DNA of 64,000 nt from the IMG/VR virus record IMGVR_UViG_3300023180_000017, one strand, 5' to 3'. The notes beneath the pieces are model-generated. The model made no database searches. It saw only the letters and a list, made by a program, of their open reading frames with translations, and was not told where the DNA came from. Below are positions 55,330 to 64,000 of this stretch, in pieces. Every line of letters begins with the position of its first letter. Within the stretch, counting starts at the first letter, position 1. The translations under genes and the position numbers were made by a program. This stretch comes from a virus.

Positions 55330-58300
55330 ATGGCAATTAATTTAAATTCAGCACCATATTTCGACGATTTCTCTGAAGGTAAAAAGTTTCAGAGGATTCT
55401 TTTTAAGCCAGGTGTTGCTGTACAGGCAAGAGAGCTAACACAGCTACAAAGTATATTGAGCAACCAAGTTTCTCAATTAGGAACCTATGTTTTAAGAGAA
55501 GGTACCATTGTCTCTGGTTGTAAAGAAGATTTAGCGGATATTGATTGGATTAAAATTAATGATACAGATATTAATGGTATAGATTTAGCAGATGAAACTC
55601 TTGCTGGATATGTCAATGCTATTGTTGTAGGAAGAACAACAGGTATACAAGCCAAAGTCCTAGAAGTTGCAACAGGCACACAGGCGGAAGCACCTGACAC
55701 AAAAACGTTTTATATTCGATACACATCAGGCGACACTACAGGAACTTATCAAGTATTTCAACCAGGAGAAGTATTAGACATTTATTCTAATACCTCTAGT
55801 TTAAATAATTCAACAGTGGTGGTTGGAAGTTCAACGGGTGTAAGTGAAAACAGTTATTACGGAAAATCAAGAAAAATAACACTTTCTCCCGGGTTAATTT
55901 ATATAAACGGTGCCTTTGTACAGTCCAACCAAATATCAACTTATCTTCACAGATATTCTCACGAAGATAAATTAATTAATGTTGGATTTACTTTATATGA
56001 AGAAATTATAAACTCAGGTGAAGACAGCTCGCTGTTAGATCCGGCAGCTGGATCTTATAACGAAAACGCACCGGGTGCAGACAGACTTAGATATACTATA
56101 GGCTTAACATCTTTCACCACTAACGTTAGGGGTGCAGACACAGGCATCATACAGCCTGAAAACTTTGTACAGTATGGGCAATACCAATTTGGTTCGCCTA
56201 CTGTAGTACAAACAAAAACTGATCCTTTTAACGCTTTAGGTAAAGAGTTAGCAAAAAGAACATACAACGAATCTGGTGATTATGTTGTAAGAGGATTAAA
56301 AGTTACAGTACAAGAACACTTGAATGACGGAGAAAATTCTGGATTCTTTACATCTGCAGAAGGAGGAGATGCAACAAAACTCCTAGTAAATATTGATGCG
56401 GGTGAAGCTGTTGTTGCTGGGTATCCTAGAAGACTAGAGCAAACAAAAAGAATAGAGATTAATAAATCAACAGAATACAAATATGTTGAAGGTGCTTCTA
56501 TTGGAACAGCATATGGCAATTATGTTTTGGCAAATGAAGTTTATGGATTGTTTGATGTCGATGGTGGCGGTAGAGTAGATTTATTAGACACCGCACCTGG
56601 GTTTATTACATCAGGAACAAGCACAGGAAGCGTAGTAGGTAAAGCAAGAGTAAGACATATAGCTTTAGAAGAAGGAACACCTGGTTTAGCATCAGCAAAA
56701 TATAGAATATATTTGTATGATATTCAAATGCTCAACGGCCCTTTTACATCCGTAAGAGGCTTGCATTTTGATCACGCACAAACCGATGGTTATGCAGATC
56801 TTATTTTAGAAGATACAACAGGAGATGGTACTCCTGACAGCGCCGTATTAAAAGAAAATTCTTTCAATAAAATGTTATGGAAACTTCCATACAATGCTGT
56901 TAAAAACATGGCAACAGACAACGGTGGTTACGATTACTCCTTTATCTACAGTAGAGAGTTTGATGTAACTGCAGATAGTTCTGGTAACGTAGAACTAGAT
57001 ATTAGCTCTAGTAGCTCACAGTATAATTTGCCAAACGACACATTCCCATATTCAAGTTTCACACAAACTGTGATTGAAGACAATTTCTTAGCAGTTGCTA
57101 GAGAACAGGTAATCCTCGGTGGTATTACTTATGCTGCAGGTGAGCATATTGATTTATCTGGAGCAACATTTACTTTAAATAGCTCTAAGCACATCACAAT
57201 TAATTTAGGTGTTTTAACGGGATCAGCAAACCAAGTTCGAGTATATGCAAATCTACAACATATTGATGGAACTCCTGCATCTAAGTCTTTACAGTCAGAT
57301 AAAATTGTAACATTTAACGTTGCAGCCCACCCTAAAGGAATCGGTGGACCTTGGAGTCTAGGGGTTGCAGATGGTTTTCAAATTAAATCTGTATATGCAT
57401 CTGCCAACTCAAACTTTAGCAGTCCTATAGATGTTACAAATCAATTTACAATGGACAACGGACAAAAGGACAGTTTTTATGGACATGCAAAGTTAGTTAA
57501 AAAGAAAACAGCGTCTGTAAATCTTTCAACATATCCTTATTTACAAGTAACATTTGATTACTTCTCACATTCTTATAGTACAGCATCTTTCTTCTGTATT
57601 AATTCTTATCCCGTAGATGATACAGGAGCTACTGGAATTAAAACTGAAGAAATACCACTGTATAAGTCCAAGTATTTTGGAAATATGGATCTTAGGGACT
57701 GTATTGATTTTAGGCCTATGATGCAAAGCACTGTTACGCCAACATCAACACTTGCGGGCGCGCCTTTAAATCCTTCGGAAGTAGAAATAATTTTTAGACC
57801 CAATACAGGGTTAACTAATCCTATTCCAACAGAACAGTTTACAACAGATTTAGAATACTATCTAGGCAGAAACGCAATTATTGTTTTAGATGAACATGGC
57901 GAGTTTAGAGTAATTGAGTCAGCTTACTCTGCTAGTCCCAAGTTCCCACAAACCCCAGAAGCAAGCATGAAGTTGGCTTCCTTTAACTTGCCGCAATATC
58001 CATGTTTGTCGGCAAAGGCAGCTAAGAGATTAAACAGATACGATTACGATATTGTTGTAAAACAGTCAGACAATAGACGTTTTACAATGAGAGATATTGG
58101 TGTTTTAGAGAAAAGAATTAAAAATCTAGAATATTACACTACATTAACTTTGCTAGAAAAGGCAGCAGAATCTTTACAAATTACAAACGCTAACAGTGGA
58201 TTAAATAGATTTAAAAACGGCATACTTGTAGATAATTTTACAGGACACTCTGTAGGAGCCGTAGAAGATCCAGATTATCATTGCTCAATGGATTTTAAGA

Positions 58301-61300
58301 AGAAGCATTTGCGTCCGTATTTTTATAGTGAATCTTTAGACGCAGACATGGATTGGACAAATACCACAGCACAAACAGCCTGGGCTTGGGAGTCAGGAGA
58401 TTCTGGACTTTGGGCAACAATTCCATATGAAGGAACAAGATTGACAGCTAATATGTTTGCCAGCCAACCTAAGAACCTAGTTTCTGAATTACTGTTTAAT
58501 TACAGAGGAACCTGTACTTTGTCTCCTTCAGTAGATAACTGGGTAGACACAGATACTGCACCAGAAGTTTCCGTAGAGTTTAGTGGAAATTATGATGCTT
58601 GGAAAAAGATGGAAGACGCTTTCGGTACTCAATGGGGTGACTGGGAGGACGTTGGAGCAATGACAAAGGTTGAGACCGACCGAGAAACTATTACAAGACA
58701 GGTTGACAATGCAACGGGCGGTTCCGATTCATTTATTACATACACTACTAGCCAAAATCAAACAAGAAGTGGAACAACAATAGATGTTTCTGAAGGAGGT
58801 TTAGAATCTTATTCTCTAGGAAACATGGTAGTAGATACATCAATCTTGGGCTATATGAGGCCTAGAGTAATTCACTTCCACTTGAAAAATATGAAACCAA
58901 ACACAAGAGTTTATCCTTTCTTTGATGGTGTTAATGTTTCACAATATTGTGGAGCCACTGCAAGATTAAAAGAAGGAGGAGTTCCTAAACCGCAAACACC
59001 GATTAGGTTATCAGGCCAGTCTGTAGATACAGGACAATATGCTACATTTGCTGCAGAAGATCCCGCAACAATGGCATTGCCGGGTACGGATAGAACTTGG
59101 GTTTATCCTAATCCAGGTGGCTCTTTAGTTACGGATTCTGTAGGTTCTTTATACGGATACTTTAGGGTACCTGCAGGAGTTTTCCAAACAGGCGTCAGGG
59201 TTATGATGTTTACTGACGATAGTTTAAATAGAGATAGGTTTACGACAACGTCTTGTGAGGCAACATTCCAAAGCTCTGGAATGTCCCAGACAAAACAAAA
59301 TACAATCGTTTCTACAAGAACTGTAAATGTTACAAAAAATACGGTTACAGATGATAGAGTAGTAACAGATAAAGTATATGAATATGTGGCGGGTGGCGGT
59401 GTTCCTTTACCTCCTCCTGAGATTATTCCTAATCCTATTCCTATTCCGAATTATGTACCTTGGCCGGTAACAACTGTTATTTTTGAACCAGCAACCTTTG
59501 ATCCAGATTTGGATTGGACTAGAATTGATCCTCCTCCAAGAACGCACACACTATGTTTTATTGCGGGAACAGAAATTTTAATGGCAGAGAATGGCGTCAA
59601 ACCTATTGAAGAGATTGAAGCGGGGGATAAAGTCGCAGGTATAAGTGGGTTAGCAGGTAAGCACTATACAGTAAATACTGTAGTTAAGGTTCACCATATC
59701 ACAGAAGCGCCGCAGGATATATTTCAAATTAACGGCGTTGGTGGTGTAACACCCGGTCACCCATTTATGACAACAGATGGATGGAAATCTATTAATCCAG
59801 ACATAACAAAAGAAATAGGTGTATACGAACAATACAATTTAGAAGTTAGTAAGTTAGAAGTTGGTGATAGAATTATTTCTATTGAACTTGATGGCACAGT
59901 TTCAGAAAAAGAAGTTACAAGTATTCAATGGATGGGACTGCAGACAGTAAAAGTATATAACTTTGAAACAGATGGCTCGCACAATTACGTGGCGAACGGA
60001 ATGGTTGCACACAATAAGACAACCCAACAGCCTGTTCCCCCACCTGCAGGGCCTGCAGATCCTCCTCCAGCAACACCAGAGCCTCCGGTAGCAACACCAG
60101 AACCTCCAGCTGCCACACCAGAGCCGCCAGTTATTCCTCCGGCGCCTGCTCAAACACCTTGGTCTTTTGTTATTCCAGATCTATCGATTAGAATATGGGA
60201 CGACCTATGGATTGGTGGTGGAGAACGCGGTTGGGGCTGGGGATATCAAGATCCTCTAGCACAAACATTTAGAGTAAGCGGAGAATCTGGGGGCGTATTC
60301 TTACGGGACGTTCAACTATATTTTAGAACTGTCCCAGATCCAGCATATGAATGGGCAGAAGTAACTTTACAAATAAGAGAAGTTGTCAATGGTGTTCCTG
60401 GCGAGAAGGTATTGGGAAGTTGCACTATGAGCAACTGGGAGATTACACCGTCTGAAGAATCTGAGGGGGGTGCAGTACAGTTTGTACCGTCGATGTTTAG
60501 ATTTAATAAGCCCGTTTATCTTTTGAACGAGACAGAATACTGTTTTGTTCCAATCCCCGCTAACAACAACCCAGGTTGGGAAATATGGATTTCAGAATTA
60601 GGAGAATTCCAAGTAGGAACAGAGACAAGAATTGCTAAACAACCTCATAATGGTATTATGTTTACATCTGCCAATAATGTTTCTTGGACTCCTCAACAGT
60701 CTTTAGATATGATGTTTGCAATTAACAAGTGTTCATTTGAAGTTGGTTCAGGTAGAGAACTGCACATAAGAAATGCGACAAGAGATTATATAAAACTTAG
60801 TGACCCTAGCAAGTATAATTCTATCCAACCACGCCATATGATACATACTGTTAAGGCATCTGTAACAAGTCCAGGTGCCGGTTATACTAGCACGCCTACT
60901 ATAACTGTAGAGTCTGTCTTTGATGGTACAAATAAAGGAGTTACTCTTGAGGCGGTAGTTGATACTGTTACAGGAGAGATGACAGGTGTCAATGTTATTA
61001 GCGCTGGAACAGAAACGGTGGCTTGGTGGGACAATTTAACAGCAACCGTTACTGGTGGTGGTGCTACTCAAGATGCAACCGTAGATATATTCGTGGTTAA
61101 TGGAGATATTATACAAGTTCATCCATTAAGAGAATATCTTGAGGTGGAAACTTGGTCTATTAATTCCTTTACAGGTTATATCGGTGGAGCGGCTAATGAC
61201 GTAGCATTTGAACCAGGAGATAAGATTATGATCGGACCTTGGTTTGGAACATCTGATATCACCAATGATGAAATAGAAAGCATTGACAGTAGATATATTG

Positions 61301-62319
61301 ATGCATTAGCTCTTTCCAAATCTATAGTAGAGCCACCTGGCACATCTGTACAAGCATATTACAAATTAAGAGATACTGCAGGAACACAGGATTCCAATTG
61401 GACAGCGTTTGAGCTGGGAAGAACAGAGGAACTTTTAGAAAGAAGAATGGTTAGATCTATTTCTAATATTTACACTTCTGAAGGAGACAATGCAGATGCT
61501 AGAGATGTTGCTGTAAAATTAGTTTTAAGCACAAACAATCCTAATGTATCTCCATTAGTTGATACCTTACAGTTAAATCAATTAATATTTAAAAATGATA
61601 TTGATGATGTTTATACCAATGAAGATCAAAGAAGCGGTGGAGATGCTCGTTCAAGATATATAACTAGGAAGGTTATATTGGATGAAGGACAAGATGCAGA
61701 AGATCTAAATGTGTATCTATCCAACTCTCTACCAGCAGGTACAGATGTAAAAGTATATGGCAAGTTCTTAAACGGACAGGATAGTGGTGAATTATTTGAA
61801 GATGCATACTGGATACCTTTACAACTCCAAGGCGATTTAGCTAGAGAGAATAGTAACGTTACAGGAGCTCAACAGGATTATGTTTATTCAATACCTGAAA
61901 AAGCACCGGGTGATTCTTACGGATTAAATCCAACTAGCTTAAAGTTTGAGTATGATGTAGATGTTATTGATAGTATAACACTTTCAACACCAGGTGTTGG
62001 GTACACTTCACAACCTTCTGTAACAATAGAACACTCAGGGAATGGCTATGGAGCAACAGCGGTTGCTAATGTTAATACGGCAACTGGTTTAGTAACAGGC
62101 ATAGACATTGTAAATCCTGGAAGAGGATATACAGGCGGTACCGTAACAGTAACAATTTCTGGAGGAGGTGCTTCGGTAGATGCTACAGCAACGGCAAGTC
62201 AAACAACTATTACTTACACCTCTTATAAAGAGTTTGCAGTGAAGATTGTGCCAATATCCTCACAACCAGCAAAAGTTCCTACTATTAAAGAACTTAGAGC
62301 TATTGCATTACAGGCTTAA
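55330..62319 (+). CDS. VrlC-like large structural protein with internal Hint domain
   Basis: PYFDDF, LFKPG..VQARELTQLQ, APGADR, RTYNESGDY, TMRDIG.LEKRI..LEYY, RFKNG..VDNF, DPLAQTF, ends LRAIAL; late box at 55194-55201. Confidence 0.9.
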   Translation: MAINLNSAPYFDDFSEGKKFQRILFKPGVAVQARELTQLQSILSNQVSQLGTYVLREGTIVSGCKEDLADIDWIKINDTDINGIDLADETLAGYVNAIVVGRTTGIQAKVLEVATGTQAEAPDTKTFYIRYTSGDTTGTYQVFQPGEVLDIYSNTSSLNNSTVVVGSSTGVSENSYYGKSRKITLSPGLIYINGAFVQSNQISTYLHRYSHEDKLINVGFTLYEEIINSGEDSSLLDPAAGSYNENAPGADRLRYTIGLTSFTTNVRGADTGIIQPENFVQYGQYQFGSPTVVQTKTDPFNALGKELAKRTYNESGDYVVRGLKVTVQEHLNDGENSGFFTSAEGGDATKLLVNIDAGEAVVAGYPRRLEQTKRIEINKSTEYKYVEGASIGTAYGNYVLANEVYGLFDVDGGGRVDLLDTAPGFITSGTSTGSVVGKARVRHIALEEGTPGLASAKYRIYLYDIQMLNGPFTSVRGLHFDHAQTDGYADLILEDTTGDGTPDSAVLKENSFNKMLWKLPYNAVKNMATDNGGYDYSFIYSREFDVTADSSGNVELDISSSSSQYNLPNDTFPYSSFTQTVIEDNFLAVAREQVILGGITYAAGEHIDLSGATFTLNSSKHITINLGVLTGSANQVRVYANLQHIDGTPASKSLQSDKIVTFNVAAHPKGIGGPWSLGVADGFQIKSVYASANSNFSSPIDVTNQFTMDNGQKDSFYGHAKLVKKKTASVNLSTYPYLQVTFDYFSHSYSTASFFCINSYPVDDTGATGIKTEEIPLYKSKYFGNMDLRDCIDFRPMMQSTVTPTSTLAGAPLNPSEVEIIFRPNTGLTNPIPTEQFTTDLEYYLGRNAIIVLDEHGEFRVIESAYSASPKFPQTPEASMKLASFNLPQYPCLSAKAAKRLNRYDYDIVVKQSDNRRFTMRDIGVLEKRIKNLEYYTTLTLLEKAAESLQITNANSGLNRFKNGILVDNFTGHSVGAVEDPDYHCSMDFKKKHLRPYFYSESLDADMDWTNTTAQTAWAWESGDSGLWATIPYEGTRLTANMFASQPKNLVSELLFNYRGTCTLSPSVDNWVDTDTAPEVSVEFSGNYDAWKKMEDAFGTQWGDWEDVGAMTKVETDRETITRQVDNATGGSDSFITYTTSQNQTRSGTTIDVSEGGLESYSLGNMVVDTSILGYMRPRVIHFHLKNMKPNTRVYPFFDGVNVSQYCGATARLKEGGVPKPQTPIRLSGQSVDTGQYATFAAEDPATMALPGTDRTWVYPNPGGSLVTDSVGSLYGYFRVPAGVFQTGVRVMMFTDDSLNRDRFTTTSCEATFQSSGMSQTKQNTIVSTRTVNVTKNTVTDDRVVTDKVYEYVAGGGVPLPPPEIIPNPIPIPNYVPWPVTTVIFEPATFDPDLDWTRIDPPPRTHTLCFIAGTEILMAENGVKPIEEIEAGDKVAGISGLAGKHYTVNTVVKVHHITEAPQDIFQINGVGGVTPGHPFMTTDGWKSINPDITKEIGVYEQYNLEVSKLEVGDRIISIELDGTVSEKEVTSIQWMGLQTVKVYNFETDGSHNYVANGMVAHNKTTQQPVPPPAGPADPPPATPEPPVATPEPPAATPEPPVIPPAPAQTPWSFVIPDLSIRIWDDLWIGGGERGWGWGYQDPLAQTFRVSGESGGVFLRDVQLYFRTVPDPAYEWAEVTLQIREVVNGVPGEKVLGSCTMSNWEITPSEESEGGAVQFVPSMFRFNKPVYLLNETEYCFVPIPANNNPGWEIWISELGEFQVGTETRIAKQPHNGIMFTSANNVSWTPQQSLDMMFAINKCSFEVGSGRELHIRNATRDYIKLSDPSKYNSIQPRHMIHTVKASVTSPGAGYTSTPTITVESVFDGTNKGVTLEAVVDTVTGEMTGVNVISAGTETVAWWDNLTATVTGGGATQDATVDIFVVNGDIIQVHPLREYLEVETWSINSFTGYIGGAANDVAFEPGDKIMIGPWFGTSDITNDEIESIDSRYIDALALSKSIVEPPGTSVQAYYKLRDTAGTQDSNWTAFELGRTEELLERRMVRSISNIYTSEGDNADARDVAVKLVLSTNNPNVSPLVDTLQLNQLIFKNDIDDVYTNEDQRSGGDARSRYITRKVILDEGQDAEDLNVYLSNSLPAGTDVKVYGKFLNGQDSGELFEDAYWIPLQLQGDLARENSNVTGAQQDYVYSIPEKAPGDSYGLNPTSLKFEYDVDVIDSITLSTPGVGYTSQPSVTIEHSGNGYGATAVANVNTATGLVTGIDIVNPGRGYTGGTVTVTISGGGASVDATATASQTTITYTSYKEFAVKIVPISSQPAKVPTIKELRAIALQA
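59554..60015 (+). other. Hint (intein-like) domain, 154 aa, residues 1409-1562
   Basis: CFIAGTEI block A, VTPGHPF block B (TxxH), VYNF...HNYVANG.VAHN blocks F/G; next residue is Lys. Confidence 0.9.
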
Positions 62320-62323
62320 AATT

Positions 62324-62563
62324 ATGACAAATATAAATACTACACACTTAAGAACAGAGCACGCAGATTATATTCGGGACGTTAATTCAAAAGCCTTATT
62401 GTCTACAAATACAACTAAATTGATGGCATATAAGGAAAAGAAAAGAATAGCTGAACAGAATATGCAAACTTTGGAACGCTGTGTAGGTGATATAAATAAC
62501 TTAAAGGATGATATAGCAGAGATAAAAGCTTTGTTATCAAGAATAATTTCTAAAATTAACTAA
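62324..62563 (+). CDS. Small coiled-coil protein downstream of the VrlC-like gene
   Basis: RDVNSKALL...INNLKDDIAEIKALL. Confidence 0.75.
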   Translation: MTNINTTHLRTEHADYIRDVNSKALLSTNTTKLMAYKEKKRIAEQNMQTLERCVGDINNLKDDIAEIKALLSRIISKIN

Positions 62564-62574
62564 AAGGTAAAGAG

Positions 62575-63078
62575 ATGGCAACAATTACATTAAGATCGGT
62601 TAAGGGTAGCCCTTTAACGAACAATGAGGTAGATTCTAACTTTACCAACCTTAACAACGACAAATATGAATCCGGAGACAATGTCAATGTCGGAAATGTC
62701 GTAGCTACCGGCGATTTAAGCGTTTCAGGCGAAACAACATTCAGTGCTTCTGCAGTTACAGCAGCAGGGTCAAATATAAATGATGCGACTACATTATCAG
62801 ACAGCTTTAATGTAGTTACCGGTGGTACTGCTAATCAGGGAGTTATACTCCCGGATGCCGTTACAGGTAAGGTTGTTACTGTAATTAATAATACCTCAGC
62901 AAGCGTCAATATTAAGGTTTATCCTCAGAGCGCAGATGAAATAAACAGCGCTGGCGTTGGAGTAGCAAAAGATTTATCACCCGGAGCAAAGCTACAATGT
63001 GTAGCCATATCTGGTACAGAATGGGTAACCATTGATGATATTATTGTTTATGATAGTTCAGGTTCGAGAATAAACTAG
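62575..63078 (+). CDS. Tail fibre-associated protein
   Basis: N-terminal TLRSVKGSPLTNNEVDSNFTNL fibre attachment motif; beta-rich remainder. Confidence 0.7.
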   Translation: MATITLRSVKGSPLTNNEVDSNFTNLNNDKYESGDNVNVGNVVATGDLSVSGETTFSASAVTAAGSNINDATTLSDSFNVVTGGTANQGVILPDAVTGKVVTVINNTSASVNIKVYPQSADEINSAGVGVAKDLSPGAKLQCVAISGTEWVTIDDIIVYDSSGSRIN

Positions 63079-63088
63079 GGGAAAATGA

Positions 63089-64000
63089 ATGAGGCCGTTA
63101 AGAATTAAAGCATCGGGAACACCGATCACATCAAGCAATTTTACAGGATTGCAGGAAATGACAGATGGAGAGATACAACAGTATCTTTCTTACGTTTTAA
63201 CAAACAAATTTGCTACAGATACAGATGGCACAGGAACAGGAGAATTAAATGTTGATGGTGCTTCTGGTACATCTATAGGTACTTTTACAAATACTATTAG
63301 ACAAGATTCGATAGGCTCACATCCTACAGCAGGAGCTACAAGTAGTAACACATATACCTTTAAACAGGTTACATCTGCGGCCTCAGAAAGTATTACTGCA
63401 AGACCTGCGGGTTATGATTCAGGTGTAAAACAAATGTCTGATTCTGCCATTGATACAGATATTTTAGATAAAGCATTGTCTGATATGGTTTCTGAATCTG
63501 ATTATACTGTTGGACAGTATGTGTTGCAACCATCTGCCCCTACAGGTGGTACTTGGACTTCTAGATATACGATCACAGATACCGCACAAGGCGGAAATAA
63601 TAACACATATCTTTGGCAAAAAACAGCACCCACATCATCTGCAAACTCTGATTTAGCTTCTGTTAAAACAGATGGATCATCTATTACACAGATGACAGCA
63701 GCAGAAATTGAGCAGATGGTTCCTAACTTTAGAAATAGAATTATTGATACCGGCGTAGGCACATATAAAGTTCAAGCAACGGCGCCGACGTCTGGTGGAA
63801 CTTGGGTACAGATGGGATCACAGTTTGATGATACAAGACAAGAGGTTGCATCTGAAAACTACGTAGGAGCATACACAGGTAATTATTCTGGTTCTTATGT
63901 AGGTGCTTACGTAGGTGCGAAAACATATTCCGGAAACTATTCCGGTTCTTATGCAGGTAACTATGTTGGTGGTTATGTTGGTTCCAAAACATATTCTGGA
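63089..64000 (+). CDS. Structural protein with YxGx tetrapeptide repeats (partial; missing from ORF track)
   Basis: Open from ATG 63089 (MRPLRIKASG...) to the window end, 304 codons without a stop. Confidence 0.85.
   Translation, partial: MRPLRIKASGTPITSSNFTGLQEMTDGEIQQYLSYVLTNKFATDTDGTGTGELNVDGASGTSIGTFTNTIRQDSIGSHPTAGATSSNTYTFKQVTSAASESITARPAGYDSGVKQMSDSAIDTDILDKALSDMVSESDYTVGQYVLQPSAPTGGTWTSRYTITDTAQGGNNNTYLWQKTAPTSSANSDLASVKTDGSSITQMTAAEIEQMVPNFRNRIIDTGVGTYKVQATAPTSGGTWVQMGSQFDDTRQEVASENYVGAYTGNYSGSYVGAYVGAKTYSGNYSGSYAGNYVGGYVGSKTYSG

Noticed and set aside
59554-60015. Canonical mobile intein
   Set aside because: No homing endonuclease and the +1 residue is Lys, not Cys/Ser/Thr.
1-64000. 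Stop-codon reassignment, group I introns, DGR or integrase
   Set aside because: Core genes are intact in the standard code and end at TAA, TAG or TGA; no split genes, reverse transcriptase or recombinase seen.

Overview
AT-rich segment of a large T4-like (myovirus) phage genome, probably aquatic; the host cannot be determined from this window. 1-28 kb is an accessory region dense in modification enzymes: six SGNH-like hydrolases, three radical SAM proteins, a carbamoyltransferase, glycosyl-, methyl- and sulfotransferases and an epimerase. It also holds an HNH endonuclease, phoH and a minus-strand three-gene cassette of exported, repeat-rich proteins. 28-34 kb has an exonuclease, a circularly permuted two-piece tmRNA, a SleB-type hydrolase, a second epimerase, gp33/gp59/gp32 and three tRNAs (Arg-UCU, Leu-UAA, Ile-UAU). 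34-64 kb is the tail/baseplate module (tape measure, gp51, gp26, gp54-like, gp2, gp4, gp48, gp53, hub, gp5, PAAR, gp25, gp6, gp7, gp8, VrlC-like protein with a Hint domain, fibre genes), with TATAAATA late promoters. The most striking items are: (1) the tmRNA intervening segment is almost entirely a 30-codon Bfd-like (CxC...CxxC) reading frame with no stop before the predicted RNase P cut; (2) a U-UUU-UUC slippery site that would fuse gp26 to gp51 by -1 frameshift just upstream of the tape measure gene; (3) the late-expressed exported repeat-protein cassette; (4) the large modification cluster. All family assignments come from motif recognition by eye; no database searches were run.
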